Shown piece by piece: positions 9,649 through 18,613 of a stretch of 64,000 nucleotides of DNA; within the stretch, counting starts at the first letter, position 1, and each line of letters starts with the position of its first letter. The stretch spans positions 50,379-114,378 of the forward strand of contig CAZFMQ010000002.1 of assembly GCA_964520295.1 (NCBI GenBank), given 5' to 3'. Source of the DNA: an uncultured Candidatus Saccharibacteria bacterium (GTDB lineage Bacteria; Patescibacteriota; Minisyncoccia; Phycocordibacterales; EsbW-18). The translations under genes and the position numbers were made by a program. The notes beneath the pieces were generated by a model. The model saw only the letters and a list, made by a program, of their open reading frames with translations, did no database searches and was not told the origin of the DNA.

Positions 9649-10305
9649 TTATTTTGCACGCGGCCAGATATGCGCTGCTTTTGGATAGAGTTTTGTGAGC
9701 GGATGTTGCGTGCACTCATGCTTTCGCGCAGGACATATCTGTCTACCATATTCAATAAGGCCATACGTGATGGTGTTCCATTCACTCTTTGGAAACAACT
9801 GCATGAGATCAGCTTCTATTTTCTTTGGATCACGATGTTGTGAAAGACCGAGTTTATTTGAAAATCGAATGACGTGCGTATCCACCGCAATACCCTCATT
9901 GATGCCGAACGCATTTGAAAGCACCACATTTGCTGTTTTGCGCGCAACACCTTTGAGTGTGAGCAACGCTTCCATCGTGTGTGGCACCTTCCCGCCGAAT
10001 TGCTCCTGTACCATTTTTGCAGTTGCCAAAATGTTGCGCGCTTTTGCATTGAAAAATCCTGTTTGGCGAATGTCTTGCGCAAATACTTGTGGATTTGCGT
10101 GCACATAGTCATCCAGTGTCTTGTACTTTTTGAAAAGCGCTTGCGTTACTTCATTTACTTTTTTGTCAGTACACTGCGCCGAAAGAATAACGGCAACAAG
10201 CAGTTCCCATGAATTTTTGTGCCGGAGGGCAATTTTTGCATGAGGAAAAAGTTTTTTCAGTGTTGCTGAAATTTTCTTCGCACGTTCTTTTTGTGCTCTC
10301 GTCAT
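9649..10305 (-). CDS. nth: Endonuclease III-like HhH-GPD DNA glycosylase
   Basis: HhH-GPD motifs (LKGVARKTANVVL, GIAVDTHVIR) with conserved Lys and Asp. Only 2 of the usual 4 Fe-S cysteines are present near the C-terminus. Confidence 0.7.
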   Translation of the reverse strand: MTRAQKERAKKISATLKKLFPHAKIALRHKNSWELLVAVILSAQCTDKKVNEVTQALFKKYKTLDDYVHANPQVFAQDIRQTGFFNAKARNILATAKMVQEQFGGKVPHTMEALLTLKGVARKTANVVLSNAFGINEGIAVDTHVIRFSNKLGLSQHRDPKKIEADLMQLFPKSEWNTITYGLIEYGRQICPARKHECTQHPLTKLYPKAAHIWPRAK

Positions 10306-10397
10306 AGCGCCACTATAGCAAACTTGACAGGTGGCACATATAATGAAATAATCCGAACGGGCAGTTCATCATAAACTACTAGAAAAGGAGGAGAGAC

Positions 10398-10622
10398 ATG
10401 CTTTTGAAGGTGCTTCTCGTAATTGTGGGCGTCATCATCGCAATGGAAGTTGTCGCATGGTTCAGGAAGTGGGTAAGGGAGGTCTACAACAGAGAGGCCA
10501 CCGTATGCCCTGCATGCCAGCGTTTCGACATGTACGAGCGAGACGAGCGCCTCGGAAAATTCATCCTGCACACCTGCGTGGCGTGCGGATACGAAGAATG
10601 GAAAGATGAGGGAAAGGAGTAA
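10398..10622 (+). CDS. Small membrane protein with zinc-ribbon (CPAC...CVAC); function unknown; GC-rich foreign cassette gene 1
   Basis: A strong SD aaaggaggagagac lies upstream of the ATG. An N-terminal hydrophobic helix is followed by two CxxC pairs. GC is high relative to the flanks. Confidence 0.5.
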   Translation: MLLKVLLVIVGVIIAMEVVAWFRKWVREVYNREATVCPACQRFDMYERDERLGKFILHTCVACGYEEWKDEGKE

Positions 10623-10627
10623 GGGGT

Positions 10628-11059
10628 ATGATGACGGAACTGAAGTACCCCGAGTGGGCTCGTGAACATCTCACACCGCACTTGGAAGTGCAGACGGTCT
10701 CGGATCCAGGCACGGTTGAGCTTTGGGTTCATCCGCGCCAGCGTATCCCGTTCAAGCCATATCTGCACGGATTTGAGCTGTACGGATTCCTGAAGGAAGA
10801 GGGTCTTCTGGAGAGGTCACTCTCATTCGGGGAGTTGAAGTTTCTGGAAGCAAACCCACACCGAATCCCCGTCGACTGGCGCACACAAGGTCTCAATGTA
10901 TACGCGTGGGCATCGGTCGTTCGAGGTGATTGGGGAGATCAGGTACCGTACCTATCGTGCGGTATAGACCCACGGTGTCAAACGCCCCAGGTATTCTGGG
11001 TCGGGATCGCATTCGGAGGCTGGGGTTCAAGTGCACGCGCCGGTCTCCGTGCCGCCTAG
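10628..11059 (+). CDS. Hypothetical protein, GC-rich foreign cassette gene 2
   Basis: 143 aa ORF with an SD (gggaaaggag) and about 60% GC. There are no recognisable motifs. It is followed by a strong terminator. Confidence 0.5.
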   Translation: MMTELKYPEWAREHLTPHLEVQTVSDPGTVELWVHPRQRIPFKPYLHGFELYGFLKEEGLLERSLSFGELKFLEANPHRIPVDWRTQGLNVYAWASVVRGDWGDQVPYLSCGIDPRCQTPQVFWVGIAFGGWGSSARAGLRAA

Positions 11060-11072
11060 TGTAGTTTCTTAG

Positions 11073-11108
11073 AGCCCGAATCCTGACATGTCAGGATTCG
11101 GGCTCTTT
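11073..11108 (+). terminator. Perfect 17-bp inverted repeat hairpin terminating the GC-rich two-gene cassette
   Basis: agagcccgaatcctgacatgtcaggattcgggctct is perfectly palindromic and is followed by tttct. Confidence 0.6.
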
Positions 11109-11114
11109 CTGTAC

Positions 11115-11777
11115 TTATATTGTGGGCATTGCAAGCGCCACATACTCCAACAACAGTTTCAATGACGAACCGCGACGCAATACGTACGTACGTGTGCGTT
11201 CCAATGCTTTGAGTGCACCACGGTTCGTCTCTACATCTCGCGACAACACTTCTTCCAATGCATTACATAATGCGAGCGCATCATCACGACGTTTTTCTTC
11301 AATGACATCTGCAACACTGTTCATGCGCTCTGAAAACGATTGTTTCAAAAATATCTCTGCCTGTTTTGTGTCGGTTGTGTGTGCACGTTCAGGTGTTAGT
11401 GTGTGCAAGCGCGATTGTAATGTTGGCAACACCACATCATGCGTTGGCACAACAAAAAAGAATGATGTGCGCTGTGGTGGCTCCTCGGTCATTTTCAACA
11501 GTGCGTTCTGGGCTTCGTGGGTTGCCTGTATAAATGAAATAAGCACCACACGGTGGGCATCTTCAGGCACCACAGTGTGCAGGCGATCCCCAACAGCGCG
11601 CACTTCATCCACCGAGAGATGCTGTGCCGCAATGTGATGCATATCGGGATTGCCTGCAGAGATAATCCCCACATCATGCAACTGTGCATGTACATACGCC
11701 GTCAACGTTGCGATATCTCCCGCGAGCAGATATGCATGGTGTTGTGCTACATCCATACGCCTATCGTTTTGCCACAA
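11115..11777 (-). CDS. holB: DNA polymerase III delta' subunit-like clamp-loader protein (short)
   Basis: ALLKMTEEPPQRTSFFFVVPTHDVVLPTLQSRLHTL matches the delta' LLKxLEEPP...LPTIxSR motif. There is an HAYLL motif near the N-terminus. It is only 220 aa. Confidence 0.6.
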   Translation of the reverse strand: MWQNDRRMDVAQHHAYLLAGDIATLTAYVHAQLHDVGIISAGNPDMHHIAAQHLSVDEVRAVGDRLHTVVPEDAHRVVLISFIQATHEAQNALLKMTEEPPQRTSFFFVVPTHDVVLPTLQSRLHTLTPERAHTTDTKQAEIFLKQSFSERMNSVADVIEEKRRDDALALCNALEEVLSRDVETNRGALKALERTRTYVLRRGSSLKLLLEYVALAMPTI

Positions 11778-12774
11778 TTGATTTCTTATAGGTATCTAGG
11801 TGTTGCATGGCGATACCTGTACCTTTCGCCACACAAAGAATTGCTTCGTCTGCAATCTGTGCTTTCACACCCGTCGTGCGGAATACCAATTCAGGAAAAT
11901 TGCGCAACTGCGATGTACCACCGGTCATGGTGATACCCTTTTCAATAATGTCCGCGGCGAGTTCCGGCGGTGTATCTTGGAACACGTCTTTGATAGCGCG
12001 CACCATTTCGCGCAATTCACGACGTACCGCTTTGACGATTTCATTCGTCTGCAAATCCATTTCGCGTGGCAAACCCGTTACGACATCGCGTCCACGTACT
12101 TTCATCACCAAATCTTCCTCAACAGGCACCGCAGAGCCAATGGTGATTTTAATTTGTTCTGCAGTGCGATCGCCAATAGAGAGGTTGTAATTCTTTTTTA
12201 TATAATCAATGATTGCCTGATCAATTTTGTTTCCTGCCACTTTCACCGATGTGCAGGTGACGATACCGCCGAGTGAAATCACGGCGACGTCTGTGGTACC
12301 ACCACCAATATCAACAATCATACGACCTTCAGGGTCTTGAATAGGAATACCTGCACCAATTGCCGCCAAAATCGGCTCCTTGATGATGAACGCTTGTTTT
12401 GCACCCGCACGAATTGCCGCCTCTACAACCGCACGACGCTCCGTTGATGTTACGCCCGCGGGTACAGAAATAAGTACATCCGGTTTCCAAATGTTCCAAC
12501 GTCCTAGTGCTTTGTTGATGAAGTAGCGCAACATTGCTTCCGTCACACGATAATCAGCAATCACCCCGTCTTTCATCGGACGATACGCAACAATGTTGTC
12601 AGGCGTCTTTCCAATCATTTCTTTTGCCCCGTTCCCCACTGCCAAAATTTTATTGTCGTCCATAGACACCGTCACCACCGACGGTTCGTTCAACACAATA
12701 CCTTTTCCAGGTGTGTACACGAGCACGTTCGTTGTGCCCAAATCAATACCCAATTTCTTAGACCAAAATGCCAT
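11761..12774 (-). CDS. mreB: Rod shape-determining protein MreB (actin-like ATPase)
   Basis: KKLGIDLGTTNVLVY, GGGTTDVAV and overall Hsp70/actin fold motifs. The start is at the internal ATG (MAFWSKK). Confidence 0.85.
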   Translation of the reverse strand: MAFWSKKLGIDLGTTNVLVYTPGKGIVLNEPSVVTVSMDDNKILAVGNGAKEMIGKTPDNIVAYRPMKDGVIADYRVTEAMLRYFINKALGRWNIWKPDVLISVPAGVTSTERRAVVEAAIRAGAKQAFIIKEPILAAIGAGIPIQDPEGRMIVDIGGGTTDVAVISLGGIVTCTSVKVAGNKIDQAIIDYIKKNYNLSIGDRTAEQIKITIGSAVPVEEDLVMKVRGRDVVTGLPREMDLQTNEIVKAVRRELREMVRAIKDVFQDTPPELAADIIEKGITMTGGTSQLRNFPELVFRTTGVKAQIADEAILCVAKGTGIAMQHLDTYKKSIVAKR

Positions 12775-12787
12775 AGGTGCCTGTATG

Positions 12788-14092
12788 CTACAACGTGATG
12801 CGCTCAATGGAAAGCCCGATGCCCTGCATTTTGGCAACGGCGTCCTCATACCCGCGATCTACCCAGTGAATATTGTGAATGAGTGACGTACCTTTTCCGA
12901 CGCTTGCCGCAATAATATACGCCAATCCTGCGCGCAAATCAGGCGTGTACAGCTCGCGACCCGTCAATTTTGCAGGACCTTTTACGAGCGCCTTATGCGG
13001 ATGCACCATAACAACATCGGCACCCATGGACACAAGGTCGGCAGTATACCCCAACCGCCCTTCAAAAATCATTTCTTCAACAACACTTTCACCGTGTGCT
13101 TGTGTGCAAAGGACTAAAAATGGCGATTGTAAGTCAGTGGGAAAACCTGGGTACTCGTGCGTACGAATGCGCAATGGCGACAGTGTGCTGTTACTCTCCG
13201 TGTTGTTGGTAATGGTGATGCTGTCTGCATGCACCGAGAGTAGCACACCCGCCTGTTGCAACATCTGCAATGGCAATTCTAAATCTGCAGGATTGCAATT
13301 CGTTATGGTGAGCTGTTCTGCACACAACGCACCGAGCACCAAATAACTTCCTGCTTCAATACGATCCGGAATAACAAGATGCGCTTCTGCTTGTTGGTAT
13401 GAAAGTGGTATGCCGTTGGTGCCCACAATCGTCAGAGTATTTGTACCGATCCCTTCAATTTGTGCACCTGCCTTTTTTAGAAATACTGCCAAATCAGTCA
13501 CCTCCGGCTCCAATGCTACATTCTTGAGCACAGTAGTGCCGTGCGCCAACACACTTGCCATAAGCAATGTTTCGGTACCCGTTACACTTTGAATAGGAAA
13601 AAAGAATTCACTACCCTTGTACGTATCCGCTTCAACGGTGAATAATGCATCGCTCTCATGCACGGTTGCTCCCGCGGCTTTGTAGCCACTCAAAAATAAA
13701 TCAATCGGACGTTCGCCAATAACGCAACCACCCGGTGATGGAAATGTGACATGGTGCGTACGCGCTAATAATGCACCCGTCAAAATAATGGATGCACGAA
13801 ATTTGTTTGCGATAGCAATATCCAGTGCGCCATGCACTACAGCAGATGCATCAATGGTGATGGAATCGCCGTTGCGCGTCACACGTGCACCCGCACCCTC
13901 CAACAACGCAATCATTTTATCCACATCGGTAATCGCAGGTACGTTTGAAAACGTCACAGGCGTCTGAAAGAGCACGCTACTAGCCAATAATGGAAGCGCA
14001 TTATTCTTTGCTCCGGAAATAGCAATAGTGCCGGAGAGTTTTTTCTCCCCATTGAGCCCCTCAATACGAAACGCATCCTGCTTTGAATCCAT
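12788..14092 (-). CDS. murA: UDP-N-acetylglucosamine 1-carboxyvinyltransferase
   Basis: ISGAKNNALPLLASSVL and the EPT-fold repeats. 434 aa. Confidence 0.85.
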   Translation of the reverse strand: MDSKQDAFRIEGLNGEKKLSGTIAISGAKNNALPLLASSVLFQTPVTFSNVPAITDVDKMIALLEGAGARVTRNGDSITIDASAVVHGALDIAIANKFRASIILTGALLARTHHVTFPSPGGCVIGERPIDLFLSGYKAAGATVHESDALFTVEADTYKGSEFFFPIQSVTGTETLLMASVLAHGTTVLKNVALEPEVTDLAVFLKKAGAQIEGIGTNTLTIVGTNGIPLSYQQAEAHLVIPDRIEAGSYLVLGALCAEQLTITNCNPADLELPLQMLQQAGVLLSVHADSITITNNTESNSTLSPLRIRTHEYPGFPTDLQSPFLVLCTQAHGESVVEEMIFEGRLGYTADLVSMGADVVMVHPHKALVKGPAKLTGRELYTPDLRAGLAYIIAASVGKGTSLIHNIHWVDRGYEDAVAKMQGIGLSIERITL

Positions 14093-14123
14093 AGGTTATA
14101 TGCTGGTATCATACCATTGTCGT

Positions 14124-16022
14124 ATGTACATCATCTCTGTTATCCCCGTTATGAAGCGCGCGCCACAGGAAGGCCTGTCGTATTACAGCGCAAAAGAAAT
14201 CCCCATGGGAAGTGTTGTGCGTGTTTCAGTAGGCAAGCGCAAGGTGCATGGTCTCGTGGTAGATGTTGCACATGTCAAACAAGAAAAAACACAAATCAGA
14301 AAGGCCGGATTTGCTCTTAAAAAAATAGAGGGGGTGGTACAACGCAAACCATTTGATCCCCCACTACTCAATGCACTGCAGTCACTTGCTGAACACTACG
14401 CACGCACCATTGGCACCATGTTACATGCGGTACTACCTGAAGCACTTCTTGTAGAATCACTGTCCAGCGGGCAACCTGTAGCCCAACGCAAAACAGATGT
14501 TATTCCTGACATCAAAATTGCCACGGCATCATATGAAGATCGCATCGGACGATACAAATCACTCACACGCGAATCTTTTGCGCGCGAACAGTCGGTGGTG
14601 TGCATCTGCCCTACACAAACAGAAACGGAAACACTTGCAGAACACATCGGCAAAGGTATTGAAGATCGCTTGTTCGTATTTCATAGTCGCCTCACATCAA
14701 AAAAAATAAAGGAGCGCTGGAAGGCGGCACTCAACGCCCCACACCCAGTCGTCATTGTCGGCACCGGTATTTGCGCCACCATCCCACGTCATGACATTGG
14801 ACTGTATGTGCTGGAGCATGAATCATCGCCACACTTCAAACAAAAAGAAACACCATACGTAGATACGCGTGTAGTCGTTGAGTACATTGCGCGCGCACGA
14901 GGATGCGATCTTATTTTAGGTGATGCATATCCGCGTATTGAAACACTGCACCGCTATTTCACGCACGCTATTTCAGATATTGCACGACCAACGATGCGTC
15001 AGGAGTATCGTGCGACAGTAGACATCGTAGATATGCGCGCGCAAAAACGAGACCACGACACACCCATGTCGCTGTTCTCTGATACTGCCATCAATGCTAT
15101 TCAAGAGGCGCGCGCGCAAAAGCGTCGCACCGTGCTCTTTTGTGTACGCAAAGGGTTTGCACCGTTCACCGTATGCCGTGATTGTGGTCAAGTGTACACG
15201 TGCGGTCGGTGCGACGCGCCCATGACACTCTACAACCCCAGTGGTGACGCGCAGCACCGCACCTTTCGTTGCAACCGATGTGGCAAAGTTGAAGATGCAC
15301 AAACACTGTGCGCTACGTGCCGTTCATGGCGATTAGAAAGTTATGGTGTTGGTATTGAACATGTTGCACAACAGGTGCGTGCACAATTCCCTGACGCACT
15401 TTCCTTTGTGGTATCACGTGACGCAACACCAACACCCGCATCTGCGCAACGTGCACTTGATGCATGGGAAAAAACAACGTCAGGCATCCTCTTGGGTACT
15501 GAAATGATGTTACCCCTCCTAACAGGTAGAAACTTTGATGCCATCATCATTGTCTCTTTGGATACGCTCACCTTTCTGCCTGATTTTCGTATGGGCGAAC
15601 GTGTGTTCCATATTGTGTCGCACTGTGCACAGCTGGCACAGAAACACGTCATCGTGCAAACACGCACACCAGAATATGCAGCACTTACCTTCGCTAAAAC
15701 AGGTGATGGCCTCGGCATGTATCGCTATGAAGAAAGTGTTCGCAAAGAGTACGAGTACCCACCATTTTCAGTGTTTATAAAAATAACACGACGTGGAAAA
15801 AAGGAGACGGTCGTTGCCGATCTCACCGAACTACAAAAACTCTTCCCAGAATATCGCGCGACACTCTACCCCGCATTTGTGTCGCGTGTCCACAATATGC
15901 ACATGGCACACCTCCTGCTCTCTATTCCCTCCTCACAGTGGCCTGATCAAAAAGTATCGCGCATACTCCGTGCACTACCACCGCAATATATCATCACCGT
16001 TGAACCTGAAAGTTTGCTATAA
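14124..16022 (+). CDS. priA: Primosomal protein N' (PriA)-like with Cys4 zinc-binding domain but degenerate Walker A/B helicase motifs
   Basis: An N-terminal 3'-DNA-binding-like region, a Cys-rich CRDCGQVYTCGRCDAPMTLY...FRCNRCGK motif and helicase motifs Ia-VI alignable to PriA. The P-loop position reads ASYEDRIGRYKSL instead of GVTGSGKT, and DEEH reads LEHE. The start is chosen downstream of the divergent murA start. Confidence 0.65.
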   Translation: MYIISVIPVMKRAPQEGLSYYSAKEIPMGSVVRVSVGKRKVHGLVVDVAHVKQEKTQIRKAGFALKKIEGVVQRKPFDPPLLNALQSLAEHYARTIGTMLHAVLPEALLVESLSSGQPVAQRKTDVIPDIKIATASYEDRIGRYKSLTRESFAREQSVVCICPTQTETETLAEHIGKGIEDRLFVFHSRLTSKKIKERWKAALNAPHPVVIVGTGICATIPRHDIGLYVLEHESSPHFKQKETPYVDTRVVVEYIARARGCDLILGDAYPRIETLHRYFTHAISDIARPTMRQEYRATVDIVDMRAQKRDHDTPMSLFSDTAINAIQEARAQKRRTVLFCVRKGFAPFTVCRDCGQVYTCGRCDAPMTLYNPSGDAQHRTFRCNRCGKVEDAQTLCATCRSWRLESYGVGIEHVAQQVRAQFPDALSFVVSRDATPTPASAQRALDAWEKTTSGILLGTEMMLPLLTGRNFDAIIIVSLDTLTFLPDFRMGERVFHIVSHCAQLAQKHVIVQTRTPEYAALTFAKTGDGLGMYRYEESVRKEYEYPPFSVFIKITRRGKKETVVADLTELQKLFPEYRATLYPAFVSRVHNMHMAHLLLSIPSSQWPDQKVSRILRALPPQYIITVEPESLL

Positions 16023-16044
16023 TCCTGTGCTACAATACAACTCA

Positions 16045-17238
16045 ATGAGCAAGGGGCTTTCTACAGAACCATACAAAGGTGTTCGGGATTTCTTTCCCGA
16101 TGATATGGCAGTACAACAGTATATTTTTGACACATGGCGTTCGGTCGTGCAGCGCTACGGATATGAAGAATACAATGCATCACTGTTGGAACCCACAGAA
16201 CTCTACGCATCAAAAACAAGTGAAGAAATCGTCAACGAACAAACATACACCTTCACCGATCGCGGCGAACGTTCAGTAACCCTACGTCCCGAAATGACAC
16301 CAACCGTTGCGCGCATGATCGCCGCACGCAAGCGCGATCTCGCATTTCCCGTACGCTGGTTTTCAATCCCTAACTGTTTCCGCTATGAGCGCCCACAGCG
16401 CGGTCGCACACGAGAGTTTTGGCAATTGAATGTTGACTGCTTCGGTGCTTCAAATAGTGAAGCAGATGCAGAATTGATTGCCATCGCCTACGACATCATG
16501 ATGGCGTTTGGCGCACAAGAGAGCGATTTTTCTATCCGCATCAACAATCGCGCGCTCCTTGCCAATCTACCACCTGAAGCAGTTCGTCTGTTAGATAAAA
16601 AAGACAAAATGTCTCCTGAAGCATTTGCCGATGCATGGAAACAGTATTCCGACACCCCACTCTCTCTTTCTCCTGATGCTGACACCACTACGGTCATTGA
16701 TGCATTGGCACGGCGCGGTATCAACAACGTGGTATTTGACCCAGGGATCGTGCGTGGTTTTGACTATTACACCGGCACTGTATTTGAAATTTTTGATGCA
16801 CACCCAGAAAATCCACGCTCACTCTTTGGTGGTGGCCGCTACGATAATTTACTTGATGCATTTGGTGCTGATCGCATACCCGCAGTTGGTTTTGGTCTTG
16901 GTGACGTTATCATGCGCGATTTCTTGGAAACACACGCACTGCTTCCAACACCTACATCTACAACCACCGTTATGCTCTGTCCCCTTACACCCGCACACCG
17001 CCCAGCGGCCGACACACTGGCTACTGACCTACGTGCCGCAGGTATTGCTGTGGCGGTGTATTACGGCGACAAAAAAATTGGCGACCAAATCAAAATCGCT
17101 GAGAAAAAGCGCATTCCACACATTATTGCCATTGGCGATGCAGAAGCCGCATCCGCAACGTATACACTCAAAACACTCACTGACGGTGGAGAATTACAAG
17201 GCGACCTCGATACCTTTATCACTCGCTTGAAACAATAG
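16045..17238 (+). CDS. hisS: Histidyl-tRNA synthetase
   Basis: Class II motifs: KGVRDFFP, FRYERPQRGRTREFWQLNVD, GGGRYDNL and a C-terminal anticodon-binding domain. The start is at the ATG MSKGLSTEPYKG (the track ORF extends upstream through a non-coding region). Confidence 0.85.
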   Translation: MSKGLSTEPYKGVRDFFPDDMAVQQYIFDTWRSVVQRYGYEEYNASLLEPTELYASKTSEEIVNEQTYTFTDRGERSVTLRPEMTPTVARMIAARKRDLAFPVRWFSIPNCFRYERPQRGRTREFWQLNVDCFGASNSEADAELIAIAYDIMMAFGAQESDFSIRINNRALLANLPPEAVRLLDKKDKMSPEAFADAWKQYSDTPLSLSPDADTTTVIDALARRGINNVVFDPGIVRGFDYYTGTVFEIFDAHPENPRSLFGGGRYDNLLDAFGADRIPAVGFGLGDVIMRDFLETHALLPTPTSTTTVMLCPLTPAHRPAADTLATDLRAAGIAVAVYYGDKKIGDQIKIAEKKRIPHIIAIGDAEAASATYTLKTLTDGGELQGDLDTFITRLKQ

Positions 17239-17243
17239 GTTGT

Positions 17244-17819
17244 ATGCGTACGGTTGTCTTTGACATTGAAACACGGAATCTTTTTTCAGATGTTGGAAAA
17301 AACGACCCCGCACTTTTGGATATCTCTATTGTGGCTGCATACGACTCTGAAACAGATATGTACACATCGTACACACAAGAGGAATTGCCTGCACTGTGGC
17401 CAATTATTGAACGCGCAGATGTGCTCGTTGGATTCAACTCTGACCATTTTGACATTCCCTTGCTCAACAAATACTATCCTGGAGATCTTACCACCATCAA
17501 AAGCATTGATATCATGGTGGCAATAAAAAACGCACTGGGACGCCGATTGTCGTTGGCAAATGTCGCAGGTACCACGCTTGGGTTAAAAAAAAGTGCCGAT
17601 GGCCTTCAGGCCATGCAGTGGTGGAAGGAAGGAAAAATTGACGAAATCAGAAAATATTGTATTCAAGACGTCAAAGTGACCAAAGATCTCTACGAGCACA
17701 TTCTCAAAACAAAAAAGGTATTGTACCGCGATGGCCCCGATAAAAAGGAGCTGACCCTTGACACAACGGGCTGGGAGGAGGGCAATGGGCACACGCTTAC
17801 CTACTCTATGGGTTTTTAG
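17244..17819 (+). CDS. DEDD-type 3'-5' exonuclease (RNase H-like fold)
   Basis: VVFDIETRN (Exo I), FNSDHFDIPLL (Exo II-like) and YCIQDVKVT (Exo III-like). 191 aa. Confidence 0.5.
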   Translation: MRTVVFDIETRNLFSDVGKNDPALLDISIVAAYDSETDMYTSYTQEELPALWPIIERADVLVGFNSDHFDIPLLNKYYPGDLTTIKSIDIMVAIKNALGRRLSLANVAGTTLGLKKSADGLQAMQWWKEGKIDEIRKYCIQDVKVTKDLYEHILKTKKVLYRDGPDKKELTLDTTGWEEGNGHTLTYSMGF

Positions 17820-17872
17820 TGCTATACTGAAGGGCTTTTAGTAAAAATATTATTGGTATTTAACTACGAATT

Positions 17873-18565
17873 ATGGAAGGAGAAAATAAATTTTTAATTC
17901 CGTTGGCTATTGTTGTTGCCGGTGTGCTTATTGGAGGCGCAGTGTTCTTCAAGGGTTCATCGTCACCCGTAGCGCCGACCGCAAACGGTACAGCACAAAA
18001 AGTTGATGTTGCGCCATTGTCAGCAGATGATCACGTACTTGGCAATCCAAATGCCAAGATTGTACTCGTGGAGTTCTCTGACTTTGACTGTCCATTTTGT
18101 CAGACTTTTGATACCACCATGCGTCGCTTGATGGATACCTACGGCAAAGATGGTTCAATCGCATGGGTGTATCGTCACTTCCCTATTGATCAGTTGCACC
18201 CAGAGGCACGCGCAAAGGCAGAAGCATCAGAGTGTGTTGCCGCACTTGGTGGTAACGACGCATTCTGGAAGTTTGCAGAAGCAATCTTCACCCGCAGTGG
18301 TGAGACGCTCGCCGACCTTAGTGGTATGGCAGTAGAAGCAGGTGTCAATCAGGCACAATTTGATGCATGTGTTGCCGCAGGTACACACAAACAAACTGTT
18401 GTTGATGATGTTACTGCAGCAGGAAAAGCAGGTGCACGTGGCACACCATACACAGTCATTATTGCGCAAGATGGCACAACATTCCCACTCAACGGTGCTC
18501 TCCCGTACGAGCAGGTAGAGCAAATCATCAAGACATTGCTTGTTGACGATGGTTCAGCGGAATAA
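17873..18565 (+). CDS. DsbA-family thiol:disulfide oxidoreductase, membrane-anchored
   Basis: An N-terminal TM helix and the CPFC thioredoxin active site (FSDFDCPFCQTF). Confidence 0.75.
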   Translation: MEGENKFLIPLAIVVAGVLIGGAVFFKGSSSPVAPTANGTAQKVDVAPLSADDHVLGNPNAKIVLVEFSDFDCPFCQTFDTTMRRLMDTYGKDGSIAWVYRHFPIDQLHPEARAKAEASECVAALGGNDAFWKFAEAIFTRSGETLADLSGMAVEAGVNQAQFDACVAAGTHKQTVVDDVTAAGKAGARGTPYTVIIAQDGTTFPLNGALPYEQVEQIIKTLLVDDGSAE

Positions 18566-18583
18566 TTGCAATCGCAGAAAAAT

Positions 18584-18613
18584 AAAAAATCCCGAGCAAT
18601 CGGGATTTTTTAT
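18584..18613. terminator. Bidirectional rho-independent terminator between the convergent dsbA-like and nuclease genes
   Basis: aaaaaatcccgagcaatcgggatttttt: a 7-bp stem with a GCAA loop, flanked by an A-tract and a T-tract. Confidence 0.65.

Noticed and set aside
12879-13346. 155-aa plus-strand ORF inside murA, and similar antisense ORFs in mreB, rpoB, rpoC and dnaE
   Set aside because: They fall entirely within strongly supported genes on the opposite strand and have no conserved motifs.
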